64,000 nucleotides of DNA from a virus. Taxonomy: Duplodnaviria > Heunggongvirae > Uroviricota > Caudoviricetes. The translations under genes and the position numbers were made by a program. The DNA lies in the IMG/VR virus record IMGVR_UViG_3300032318_002198; one strand, written 5' to 3'. A model generated the notes under the pieces. The model was not told the DNA's origin. It made no database searches and worked only from the letters and a program-made list of their open reading frames with translations. Of the stretch, positions 17,144 to 26,373 are shown piece after piece (the first letter of the stretch is position 1; every line of letters begins with the position of its first letter).

Positions 17144-19774
17144 TTAAGCCTGTGCTTCAGTCCAACTCAGTCTAGCTAATACAGACTGCGTTGAAGTTCC
17201 TATGTTAGTTACTGTTATTGTCATAACATCAGGACCATCAGGATACAGGTTCATCTGCGATGTTGGTACAGAATTTGTTGTTCCGCCGCCTAAAATACTA
17301 TTTCCAAGATCTCGAACCTCAGTCAAATCTAAAGTAGTCAAAACTTGATTAGCTCCGCTGGAGTCTGCATAAAATGCCGCAGCATTTTCCCCACCGCTAA
17401 TACTTTGCCCCGAACTATGTATTGCTACCTGAGCCAATGATGATCCTCCAGCAGAAACGAATGTACCGCCACTGGCCCTACCATTTAATCTTGCCTGAAT
17501 CAAAAATGGACCATTAGCCAACAACCCCATAGAATCTAGTTTTAATTGCATTCGATTAACAATTTCTCTAGCTCCTAACACCCCAGTAAATCCGCTGTCG
17601 ACACTGGGTGCTAATCTTATACTAATAAGAGGTTGAGTTGCTCCTGTATTTACTGATACTGCTGTAGTCATACCTTGATTAAAGATCAGGCTTTTATCCT
17701 CATCGAATCTTCCGTCCATAATAACTGAACTACCCCAGTGACTGATTGCAGCCGCAGAAGATGGCGCCGCCAATTCTACTGCTATTGGTGCAGATGCACT
17801 ATATGTAAACGTTTGTGCCGATGTCGAACCGCCAGATTGTGCTCTAGCGAATATAGTCAATGTATCACTGGTCTTGCTCGAATAGCTGATATATTCCACA
17901 CTACCATTAGCACCAGGATTAGATATTCTCACAGTTCCACTACTAGGGAACCTACTAGTATTGCTTACTGATATAGTCCCACCTGTAGTATCACTGTTGC
18001 TAAGTGTAGCCAATAGTTTAGATAGAGGTAATTCTGCTGTAGATTCGTAATGTGCAGGTAAGTTGCCCGATCTCATAAAAGATTCATATTGTTGATTGTT
18101 GTGTACGAACGAATGTACGTAGATTACACCACCGTCGAGACCCCTGAATCCGAACCTAACTGTCCCGGCACCATACCAACTATAATCCATATAAATCATT
18201 TGCATTCTTGATAGATTTATATTATATCCGCTAATTCCGGTACCATCACACGGATCATTCCATAATGATTGCGGAACTTTTGTGTCTACAGTTTTAGATA
18301 CAATGACTCCGCCCGACAAGGAGAATCCTTTGTATTCAGGAGATACCAACATTGATGTCTGACTAGTTATAGATAAAACTCTATAACTTAATCCTCGAAT
18401 TACAATATAGTCTCCTATATCAAGTTGATCTGCAAATTGAGTATTAGTTCCGGTTATTATCTGAGATCCATTAGTAACAGATACTGTTCCGGCAATTTGA
18501 TTAACACTAGATCTACGAACTGCATACAGAGTTTGACCATCAAATTCATAGAATAATCCGTTTTGTTTATCAAACATACCAACACGATTGACCGATCCGT
18601 ACCATGAAAATGGTGTCGCTCTGATAGGGAAACCCATTGCTGGGGTTACTCCGGGTGCAGACAGTGCAGTATATGTCAATACATTATCAGCAGGAATTGA
18701 TGTAATTATAAAATTCCCATTGTATTCGGCTGGGATAGCATTCTCTACTAGAATCGTAGTTCCTACTGACATTTGATGTGCAAAAGTGCAGGTTAAAGTA
18801 ACTGAGGTCCCTGTTGATGTTAACTGACTAACAGCAAGAGGAGGTTTCAGTGATGTACCTGTGGAGAATTGAATTCCTTTACCACTTTGATATCTAAAAT
18901 ATCTGCGAGTCTGTCTAATAAAAGATGCTCCTGGGGACAATGATCCGGCGGAAAAACTTACACCTCCGTCAAATCCGCGATGAATTACTGAACCAGCAGG
19001 CCTAGAATAAAGAGTAGATCCGGCACCTGCACTAGCAGTTATTGTCCCGGTTGGTGCATTAGCAACTACAAATGTAAAAGTTCTCGCAGTAGGTGTTCCT
19101 ACTACAGTCCAGGCCCCGTTAGGAGGATTTGTGGTTGCGGTTGTTCCAAAAACATAAAGTAAGTTTCCTGGATATAATCCATGCGCACCAATGGTGGTGC
19201 ACGTCACGGTAGTCGAGCTATTAGTAAAAGCTACGCCTGCTGACGCACTCACTTGAATCGAAGATCCACTGAATAAACTGCCTAAAAATACATAAGTTCT
19301 AGTTGGATCAAATTTTGAACCAGCACTTACTATTGCGTCTGCTGTATAAGTAAACGAAACACCTGCTGATACAGTATCGACATAAAACCAACCATTGGCA
19401 TTATAGTCCAAACTGTCCTGAATTAATACAATAGAACCAACTGCCGGTGGACTGGTTGTTGTAACAGTAACCGTTCTGGTACCGGCACCGGTAATATTAG
19501 TTATAGTTATTGTAGAAGTTGGATCATAAAAAGCGGTAGGTCTATTATTAGCTAATGACAATTGTTCCCATTTAGTTGGCTGTAATCCATACTCGAAGTC
19601 GGTGTCAATTAATGACTGAGGAGCACTAACTCGTAGCTTGTTAACTGGATCATGCGCAGAGGAATTCATTGCCATAGAGACATTGGTTCTAACAGCAGGT
19701 TTACCATTAACATCATACTCCATCGAATGGTGCAGATTTTTTAAATTAGAATCGTTAGGATGTGTATAAGCCAT
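17144..19774 (-). CDS. Ser/Thr/Gly-rich virion structural protein (tail fibre/adhesin-like)
   Basis: 876 aa with three ~50-aa repeats of the type TVTCT..H.L..G..I.V....NG.F.V....FTY; own late promoter. Confidence 0.7.
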   Translation of the reverse strand: MAYTHPNDSNLKNLHHSMEYDVNGKPAVRTNVSMAMNSSAHDPVNKLRVSAPQSLIDTDFEYGLQPTKWEQLSLANNRPTAFYDPTSTITITNITGAGTRTVTVTTTSPPAVGSIVLIQDSLDYNANGWFYVDTVSAGVSFTYTADAIVSAGSKFDPTRTYVFLGSLFSGSSIQVSASAGVAFTNSSTTVTCTTIGAHGLYPGNLLYVFGTTATTNPPNGAWTVVGTPTARTFTFVVANAPTGTITASAGAGSTLYSRPAGSVIHRGFDGGVSFSAGSLSPGASFIRQTRRYFRYQSGKGIQFSTGTSLKPPLAVSQLTSTGTSVTLTCTFAHQMSVGTTILVENAIPAEYNGNFIITSIPADNVLTYTALSAPGVTPAMGFPIRATPFSWYGSVNRVGMFDKQNGLFYEFDGQTLYAVRRSSVNQIAGTVSVTNGSQIITGTNTQFADQLDIGDYIVIRGLSYRVLSITSQTSMLVSPEYKGFSLSGGVIVSKTVDTKVPQSLWNDPCDGTGISGYNINLSRMQMIYMDYSWYGAGTVRFGFRGLDGGVIYVHSFVHNNQQYESFMRSGNLPAHYESTAELPLSKLLATLSNSDTTGGTISVSNTSRFPSSGTVRISNPGANGSVEYISYSSKTSDTLTIFARAQSGGSTSAQTFTYSASAPIAVELAAPSSAAAISHWGSSVIMDGRFDEDKSLIFNQGMTTAVSVNTGATQPLISIRLAPSVDSGFTGVLGAREIVNRMQLKLDSMGLLANGPFLIQARLNGRASGGTFVSAGGSSLAQVAIHSSGQSISGGENAAAFYADSSGANQVLTTLDLTEVRDLGNSILGGGTTNSVPTSQMNLYPDGPDVMTITVTNIGTSTQSVLARLSWTEAQA

Positions 19775-19802
19775 ATTTCTCTCTTATTAAGATTAATATA
19801 AT

Positions 19803-19810
19803 TATTTATG
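19803..19810 (-). promoter_or_regulatory. T4-type late promoter (CATAAATA)
   Basis: 28 nt upstream of ATG 19774, with a GAGAG RBS. Confidence 0.65.
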
Positions 19811-19836
19811 TCAATTTCAATTTAATTCATTAATCC

Positions 19837-19865
19837 TTGACAGAAAGCTAAATTAAGTGTAAAAT
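19837..19865 (+). promoter_or_regulatory. sigma70-type promoter for the dpdA-like operon
   Basis: TTGACA, 17 nt, TAAAAT; a second TTGACT-18-TACGAT lies at 19871-19900. Confidence 0.7.
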
Positions 19866-20028
19866 TACATTTGACTTGTTTTTTCCAAGCTAGTTACGAT
19901 AACATATTGATATTCGTAAATTTCTTGATCGTAAAGTAATACAGGACTTGCAAAAAGAAAAAATAAGTGCTACTCTTAGAGATAAAAAGATACCGGAGTC
20001 AAGAAAAAATTATGGAAACAAAAACAAA

Positions 20029-21579
20029 ATGAAAAATAATCCACCAGTTAATTTAACACCCTTACAGAAAGATTATTCTGTATTTTTACCAGCCATCAGC
20101 GGATTCTATAGCACCTATGTAAGTAAACAACAAGCCGGAGAATATGTTCCTAAAAATCGTATCCCTGCCGATTTCGACAGGGGTATCGAAGGGATGAATT
20201 TCTTAAATCCTGAACAAGGATATTTTACTTACAAATATGGTCTGTTTTCTGCAGGGCATGCTCAATTGGACATACAAAAAAGTATTACTCAAGAATCCAT
20301 GATTCAAGGACGAGATCGTACTAAGACAATGATCTTAGGAGATTCTGGCGGTTATCAAATTGGAAAAGGAATTCTTAAGTTTGATTGGGCAGATTTTGAA
20401 GGTCCTAAAGCCAGCAAGGTTCGTCAACAAATCTTAGAATGGTTAGAATTAACTGCCGATTGGTCAATGATGCTTGACGTTCCTACTTGGGCATGCGATC
20501 GTGTTCATAGTCCTAAAACAGGGCTTAAGACTTTTGAAGATTGTTTGGAAAAAACTAAATTCAATAATAACTATTTTTTAACTAACAGATTAGGACAAAC
20601 AAAATTCCTAAATGTTTTACAAGGCAGCGACTGGGAGACTGCTGAAAAATGGTATCAAGGAGTAAAAGAATTCAGCGATCCTGCCGTATGGGGAGATAAA
20701 GCCGCAGAAGGGTGGGCATTTGGTGGTGCAAATATGTGCCGCATGGATGTTACATTAAAGCGATTAATGACATTGCGTGAAGATGGTTTATTAGCAAATA
20801 AAAACTGGATTCACTTCTTGGGTACTGCTCAATTAGACTGGGCATGTTTTTTAACTTCAATTCAACGTCAAATCAGGAGACATATAAATGAAGAAATTAG
20901 CATATCTTTTGACTGCGCCTCGCCATTTATCGCAACAGCAAATGGGCTCGTCTACACAAACGCACAACACCTTACGAAACGTTGGGCGGTTATTATGGAC
21001 AAAGCACCAGATAACAAATCACTCGCAAAGTCAGACATTCCATTCCCATTCGAATCAGAAGTTGGACGTAGACTTGTAATGGGAGATATATGCCATTACG
21101 CTCCTGGCATGTTGAATAAAATTGGAAAAGAAGGAAAAACCAGTTGGGATAGTTTTAGTTACGCACTAATGATGGGCCATAACGTATATTGTCATATCGT
21201 GGCTGTACAACGTGCTAATCATTTAGCAGACATCGAATATGCTAGATTTAAACCAGACTGGCGTCAATGGATTAAAATGAATTCTAAAACTGTTACTAGC
21301 GATGAATTAAGCGATTGGGTTCCACGTAATGTATTATATTTCAATACATTTATTCAAGAATTGTTTGAAACAAAAACTAAAGCAGAAGCATTTAAATTAA
21401 TTGAGCAAGTAAAACCTTTCTTACAAAACTTAGAAGGTGCAAGATCCAAAGGATGGCCTGCACAAAATCAATTCGGCTCGTTATTCTCCGTCGAGGAAAT
21501 AACTAAATCTGAAGAAATCGATATGGAAAATCCTGAAGATCCTGCTTTGAGAAAACTTGAAGGATCTATGGATGAATAA
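20029..21579 (+). CDS. TGT/DpdA-like guanine transglycosylase
   Basis: TGT catalytic motifs in order: GDSGGYQ, MMLDVP, NVLQG, WAFGG, IHFLG, SFDCASP. Start placed at ATG 20029 (frame is open from 19903). Confidence 0.78.
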   Translation: MKNNPPVNLTPLQKDYSVFLPAISGFYSTYVSKQQAGEYVPKNRIPADFDRGIEGMNFLNPEQGYFTYKYGLFSAGHAQLDIQKSITQESMIQGRDRTKTMILGDSGGYQIGKGILKFDWADFEGPKASKVRQQILEWLELTADWSMMLDVPTWACDRVHSPKTGLKTFEDCLEKTKFNNNYFLTNRLGQTKFLNVLQGSDWETAEKWYQGVKEFSDPAVWGDKAAEGWAFGGANMCRMDVTLKRLMTLREDGLLANKNWIHFLGTAQLDWACFLTSIQRQIRRHINEEISISFDCASPFIATANGLVYTNAQHLTKRWAVIMDKAPDNKSLAKSDIPFPFESEVGRRLVMGDICHYAPGMLNKIGKEGKTSWDSFSYALMMGHNVYCHIVAVQRANHLADIEYARFKPDWRQWIKMNSKTVTSDELSDWVPRNVLYFNTFIQELFETKTKAEAFKLIEQVKPFLQNLEGARSKGWPAQNQFGSLFSVEEITKSEEIDMENPEDPALRKLEGSMDE

Positions 21580-22459
21580 TGCACTAGTAATAGGGCTCGG
21601 AATGGGTCAACAATATCGTATTTGGTTGTCGGAACTAAATTACAATGTTAAAACAGTTGATCCTGATCCTACCAAGAATGCCGATTATTCGTCAGTTGAT
21701 CAAGCATTGGCCGAAGATAATTTTTATAACTTGATCTATATCGGAACTCCTAATTGGACTCACGAACCTATTGCTAGACAAGTAGCAGATAAAACAAAAC
21801 TATTGTTGATCGAAAAACCCGGAGTTCTAAATAGTAAATCATGGCAACAATTGATAAATGATTATCCTTCTACAAGAATCATGATGGTTAAAAATAATCA
21901 ATATCGACCAGAAATTGAAAAATTTAAAACATTGTCTGCTACAAGCGAACGAATCTATGTTAGATGGAACAATCGAAATAGAATCCCTCATCCTGGAAGT
22001 TGGTTTACTACAAAATCAAAATCTTTCGGAGGTGTTAGTAGAGATTTAATTCCTCATATGTTAAGTTATTATTGTGCATTAACAGATTACACACAAGGAA
22101 CTAAAATTAAAAGTCACGCAACTCAAAATTATAATCTCGAAAATATTCTCGATACTGATTATGGCACTGTTAATCTCAACGGTATATATGATGTCGATGA
22201 TTTTTGTCACATTGAATTTCAAAACGGGAATACTACTTGGATTCTGAGTGCCAATTGGAAAACTAATTTAGATCATAACGATAGTAGCATTTCATTTAAT
22301 ACAACAAATTCTCCTATAAGATACGAGCTAGGACTTTGTCCCGGTGAAGCATATAAACATATGATTCAATCTGCAACAGAAAATTTAAACAACGATACAT
22401 TTTGGCAAGAACAACTTGCACAGGATATTTGGATTCACGAACAAATTGAACACTTATGA
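21572..22459 (+). CDS. Gfo/Idh/MocA-family NAD(P) oxidoreductase
   Basis: VIGLGMG Rossmann loop, IGTP..TH, IEKP, GG...DL..H. Confidence 0.85.
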   Translation: MNNALVIGLGMGQQYRIWLSELNYNVKTVDPDPTKNADYSSVDQALAEDNFYNLIYIGTPNWTHEPIARQVADKTKLLLIEKPGVLNSKSWQQLINDYPSTRIMMVKNNQYRPEIEKFKTLSATSERIYVRWNNRNRIPHPGSWFTTKSKSFGGVSRDLIPHMLSYYCALTDYTQGTKIKSHATQNYNLENILDTDYGTVNLNGIYDVDDFCHIEFQNGNTTWILSANWKTNLDHNDSSISFNTTNSPIRYELGLCPGEAYKHMIQSATENLNNDTFWQEQLAQDIWIHEQIEHL

Positions 22460-23349
22460 ATAAAGTATTAGTTACTAAAAGCAATGGCAGTTTTTACGAA
22501 ACTGATTATGATTTACCCGACTGCGATGAAGATGGTATACAAGTCCGTGCTATCATGACTGGCATTTGTCGCAGTGATATAGATATGATGCAAGGTAATT
22601 TTGGCCCATTGCCGTTAAACATGCAAGGCCATGAAGGATTGGCTCAAGTAGAAAAAATAGGAAAATATGTCGAAGATGTCAAAATCGGAGATTTTGTCGC
22701 TACTAGGGGTGAACCAGCATATGCCGACAGATATACTGTAAGAGCTAAGGAATATGTTAAAGTACCGGAAGCACATCCTAGATATATTCTAGAACCTGTG
22801 GCTTGTGGCATTAATGTTATACAACAACCTATTAGAGAAATAGCCGAACGTTCAGGACCTGGACGTAGATTATTAATAATGGGTAGTGGCTTTTTAGCTT
22901 GGGTTGCTTACAACACTAGTTTAATCAATCATTTAGATTTTGAATATACTGTGATTGGTTCAAGTAATCAAGAACTATGGGGTCCACGATTAAGTACTGA
23001 TTATAGCGGCAAATTTGACGTTGTTATTGATCTAAGCAGTAGAACTGATGTTTTTACTAAAGACATTATGAACAACGAGGGGTTGGTTGTGTTCGGCAGT
23101 CAGAAAATGATTACTACAGATTTTAGTCAATTACTTTGGAAAGCATGCACTATGGTATTTCCAAGTCCTAGAACTGATAAATTTTATCAATGTATGAAAG
23201 ATGCCGAATCATGGATCACCCACGGAGATTTGCAAGTTGACAATTTTTGGACTAGAGGGTATAATAGAACCATGGAATGGGAACAAGCGTTCTCGGATGG
23301 CAATAATCGATTAGCAAATTACAGCAGAGGATATCTCAAATGGGATTGA
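22456..23349 (+). CDS. Zinc-dependent (MDR) alcohol/polyol dehydrogenase
   Basis: GICRSD, GHEG, V.IGDFV, LEPVACG, GSGFLA. Confidence 0.85.
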   Translation: MNKVLVTKSNGSFYETDYDLPDCDEDGIQVRAIMTGICRSDIDMMQGNFGPLPLNMQGHEGLAQVEKIGKYVEDVKIGDFVATRGEPAYADRYTVRAKEYVKVPEAHPRYILEPVACGINVIQQPIREIAERSGPGRRLLIMGSGFLAWVAYNTSLINHLDFEYTVIGSSNQELWGPRLSTDYSGKFDVVIDLSSRTDVFTKDIMNNEGLVVFGSQKMITTDFSQLLWKACTMVFPSPRTDKFYQCMKDAESWITHGDLQVDNFWTRGYNRTMEWEQAFSDGNNRLANYSRGYLKWD

Positions 23350-23867
23350 ATACACAAGAGCGAAAAAACGTGGTTTACTTTACTGGATACGAAGTAGAAC
23401 ATACTGTCTGTCACGGGATGCGAACACTTTTTGTAGCAGGAACTCCACCGTTCGAAGAGATTCTGAACCAACTAAAAAAACCCGGACACGAAGATATTCA
23501 ACATGTTTACTTTGGAACTAGTCAAAGTTTCAACCCTAAAAATATATCTCAAGAAGAATATAAATCTTGGGATGAAGTAATTTTCGGTTGTTTGAAGGAA
23601 AATTATTGGGTAACTTTAGATTTTGATGTACATCACGTTGAAGGTGTATTGGAATCTGGATATTGCGAACATAACAGATTTGTGCCTATGATCAGTGTCA
23701 AGTTGCCTTATATTAATCAACTAAATTATAATGCTACACTTAAATTGGATGATTTGACTTGGGGTAAAACCAATCCTGGAGTATGGACGCATCATTTGCA
23801 ATCGTTGATGTCAACTAAAAACTATACTCATTGGGATCAATATACCCAAGATGCCGAAATTAATTAA
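23340..23867 (+). CDS. Hypothetical protein of the modification cluster
   Basis: 175-aa alpha/beta ORF translationally coupled to the dehydrogenase. Confidence 0.8.
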   Translation: MGLNTQERKNVVYFTGYEVEHTVCHGMRTLFVAGTPPFEEILNQLKKPGHEDIQHVYFGTSQSFNPKNISQEEYKSWDEVIFGCLKENYWVTLDFDVHHVEGVLESGYCEHNRFVPMISVKLPYINQLNYNATLKLDDLTWGKTNPGVWTHHLQSLMSTKNYTHWDQYTQDAEIN

Positions 23868-24121
23868 GATCTGCTGCCCGGATAGTATTTGTTCGGGCCT
23901 CCAAATTTTTCGCTTTTAATGAGACGACCTCTTTGGCTCTTACCGCTACCTTTGACACCTTGTTTACCAGTACCATCGGTATGATCACTATCATGTCTGA
24001 GCCAACCGCGAGCAACACATTGAGAATAACGGACATTACTCAATTTAGCACGACCCGGAGAGCATTGACTCTTTTTGGGTGCTGATAACTTCTTTTCGGA
24101 AATTAATTCGGATATTTTCAT
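23864..24121 (-). CDS. Small basic late protein with CTS-like N-terminus
   Basis: Start placed at ATG 24121 (MKISELISE), 5 nt after a GATAAATA box; its stop overlaps the convergent gene. Confidence 0.7.
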   Translation of the reverse strand: MKISELISEKKLSAPKKSQCSPGRAKLSNVRYSQCVARGWLRHDSDHTDGTGKQGVKGSGKSQRGRLIKSEKFGGPNKYYPGSRS

Positions 24122-24126
24122 AAAAT

Positions 24127-24134
24127 TATTTATC
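24127..24134 (-). promoter_or_regulatory. T4-type late promoter (GATAAATA), probably leaderless transcript
   Basis: Box, then ATTTT, then ATG. Confidence 0.6.
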
Positions 24135-24159
24135 ATTTTGAGAAGATAAATTAAAGACA

Positions 24160-24188
24160 TTGACATAAAATCATAAATTATGTATCAT
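24160..24188 (+). promoter_or_regulatory. sigma70-type promoter for the queD-like operon
   Basis: TTGACA, 17 nt, TATCAT. Confidence 0.75.
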
Positions 24189-24195
24189 AGTATGA

Positions 24196-24579
24196 ATGAA
24201 AGAAGCAAATATGACCACAAAAACATATATTAAAATACGTACAGATTTCGAAGGATATCATTATTATCCTAACGCTGGATCCATTGATCCGCGTATCAGT
24301 TTCCTCGAAAATGAACATCGTCATATGTTCAAGGTCGAAGTGAAAATCTCTGTCTCCCATCTTGACAGAGAGTTAGAATTCTTCTTAGTCAAATGGGCTT
24401 TGAATGAATTCATCCAGGACGGTAACATGAATCACAAAAGTTGTGAAATGATATGTACCGATATTCTTAACCTTCACTTGATTCCTCGTTATGGGGCTAA
24501 TCGTTATTACGAAATCGTCGTTTCGGAAGATGGCGAATCTGATGGTATCGTAGAACACTCACCAACTTTAACAGTTTAA
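24196..24579 (+). CDS. QueD/PTPS-like T-fold enzyme
   Basis: FEGYHYYP...EHRHMF (Zn His pair), RELEF, SCEMI; alternative start at 24211. Confidence 0.65.
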   Translation: MKEANMTTKTYIKIRTDFEGYHYYPNAGSIDPRISFLENEHRHMFKVEVKISVSHLDRELEFFLVKWALNEFIQDGNMNHKSCEMICTDILNLHLIPRYGANRYYEIVVSEDGESDGIVEHSPTLTV

Positions 24580-24596
24580 CTCATAGGAAATTTATC

Positions 24597-24812
24597 ATGG
24601 CTAATCATCCTAACTATATTCAAAAAACCCTTGTTATGAAACCCGAAGTTACTAAAATCTTCGATGACTTGGAAGCATGGTTAGATTATTGTAGATTTAA
24701 TCTAATCGAATATAATCCCAAGCATCTTTACAAGAGTAAAGAATATAAAGAATGGCAACGAGAAAAAGCCAAGGCTGCTAGACACAGCAGAAACGATCAA
24801 CCAATTCACTAA
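24597..24812 (+). CDS. Hypothetical protein
   Basis: AGGA RBS; 71 aa. Confidence 0.7.
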   Translation: MANHPNYIQKTLVMKPEVTKIFDDLEAWLDYCRFNLIEYNPKHLYKSKEYKEWQREKAKAARHSRNDQPIH

Positions 24813-24814
24813 AC

Positions 24815-25888
24815 ATGAGTAATGTATTTGTTGTAGATCTCGAAAGCGTGGAAACACGCTATACGAAACAATGGAAAACTCATGTTCCTGAACTTCTTAA
24901 AAAGGTTGGACACAATGTTCAAGTTATTGACGGCCCTACGGATATCCCAGCTGCTACTACCCCAGGGGCCTTTCTTAATTTTGGCGGGACTAATATTTAC
25001 AAGTCTGCTCAAGTTGAAAAGATTGGCAGAATGTTTTGCGATGGACGCATTTCTAATGGCGACCACTTTCTTTTTACTGATGCTTGGCATCCGGGGATTA
25101 TCAACTTAAAGTACATGAGCGAGCTTCTTGGCATGCCTGTTAAGATCCACGCTCTTTTTCACAGTGGCAGCTATGATCCTGCCGATTTCCTTGGTAGGTT
25201 GATTGGACCTGCACCATGGGTTAGACATGCGGAAAAAAGTTTTTACCACGCCATTGATCATAACTATTTTGCTACGGACTTTCATATTCAAATGTTTGGT
25301 AAAAACTTGTTAGGTTGGCCGCAAGAAATGCGATCTGCCAATTATCGAGCGCATAACATTATTCGAACAGGTTGGCCTATGGAATATATGGAGCAAACAC
25401 TGACTCCGTATAAAAATACCGCCAAAAGAGATTTGATCCTGTTCCCTCATCGTATTGCTCCAGAAAAACAAGTTGAGATCTTTAGAGATATTGCTACGCA
25501 TTTGCCTCAATATGAATTTGTTGTTTGTCAGGATCAACAGTTGACCAAACACGAATATCATACCTTACTAGGACAATCGAAGATTGTGTTTAGCTGTAGT
25601 CTACAAGAAACACTAGGAATTGGCTGCTACGAAGGTGCGTTAGTAGATGCTATCCCAATGGTTCCTGACCGACTATCATACAAAGAGATGTATTACGAAG
25701 GATTCAAATATCCTAGCGAATGGACTGAATCTTGGGAAAAGTATGAAACATACCGGCAGCATGTTTGTCATAACATCATTACTACAATGGAACATTATGA
25801 CAAACGAGTATCATATGTACGTAAACAGGCTCAGGATTTGACTAATCGATTCTTTAGCTGCGATAAACTTTTAGAAAATTTAGTGTAA
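24815..25888 (+). CDS. GT-B (GT4-like) glycosyltransferase
   Basis: LFPHRIAPEKQ, then S.SLQETLGIGCYEG (E-x7-E) and PDRLSYKEM. Confidence 0.85.
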   Translation: MSNVFVVDLESVETRYTKQWKTHVPELLKKVGHNVQVIDGPTDIPAATTPGAFLNFGGTNIYKSAQVEKIGRMFCDGRISNGDHFLFTDAWHPGIINLKYMSELLGMPVKIHALFHSGSYDPADFLGRLIGPAPWVRHAEKSFYHAIDHNYFATDFHIQMFGKNLLGWPQEMRSANYRAHNIIRTGWPMEYMEQTLTPYKNTAKRDLILFPHRIAPEKQVEIFRDIATHLPQYEFVVCQDQQLTKHEYHTLLGQSKIVFSCSLQETLGIGCYEGALVDAIPMVPDRLSYKEMYYEGFKYPSEWTESWEKYETYRQHVCHNIITTMEHYDKRVSYVRKQAQDLTNRFFSCDKLLENLV

Positions 25889-25897
25889 AATAGAAGT

Positions 25898-26368
25898 ATG
25901 TTTTTACTAACCTTACTTAAGAAATTAGGTCGCCATAGAATTATTATGGATAGACAGAATAATGAACCTTATTTAGAAAGATATTACGTTTTTCTAAAAG
26001 ATCGAAAACATTTTCCATTCAATATTTTCATCCATAAATTTTTAAAGTCCGATCCGGACGATGTGCATGATCATCCTTGGCCTTATGCCACTCTAATACT
26101 CAAAGGCGGGTATTACGAATGGGTTCCAAATTTCAATAGCAACGGTATCAAAATCGGTGAGACATGTCATTGGCGTGGTCCTGGTCATTTTAGGTTCTGT
26201 AGTGCTACTAGTTATCACCGAATTGAACTTAAACCTGGCGTAGATTGTTGGACAATGTTTATGCCCGGCCCTCAAAAAAGAGAATGGGGCTTTTTGGTTT
26301 CAAACAATGGAAAAGACAACTGGATTCATAATGACATGTATCTAGAAAATAAAGCAAAGAATAATTAA
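25898..26368 (+). CDS. Cupin-fold metalloprotein
   Basis: VHDHPW...ILKGGYYE...YHRIEL cupin metal ligands. Confidence 0.75.
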   Translation: MFLLTLLKKLGRHRIIMDRQNNEPYLERYYVFLKDRKHFPFNIFIHKFLKSDPDDVHDHPWPYATLILKGGYYEWVPNFNSNGIKIGETCHWRGPGHFRFCSATSYHRIELKPGVDCWTMFMPGPQKREWGFLVSNNGKDNWIHNDMYLENKAKNN

Positions 26369-26373
26369 GAATT

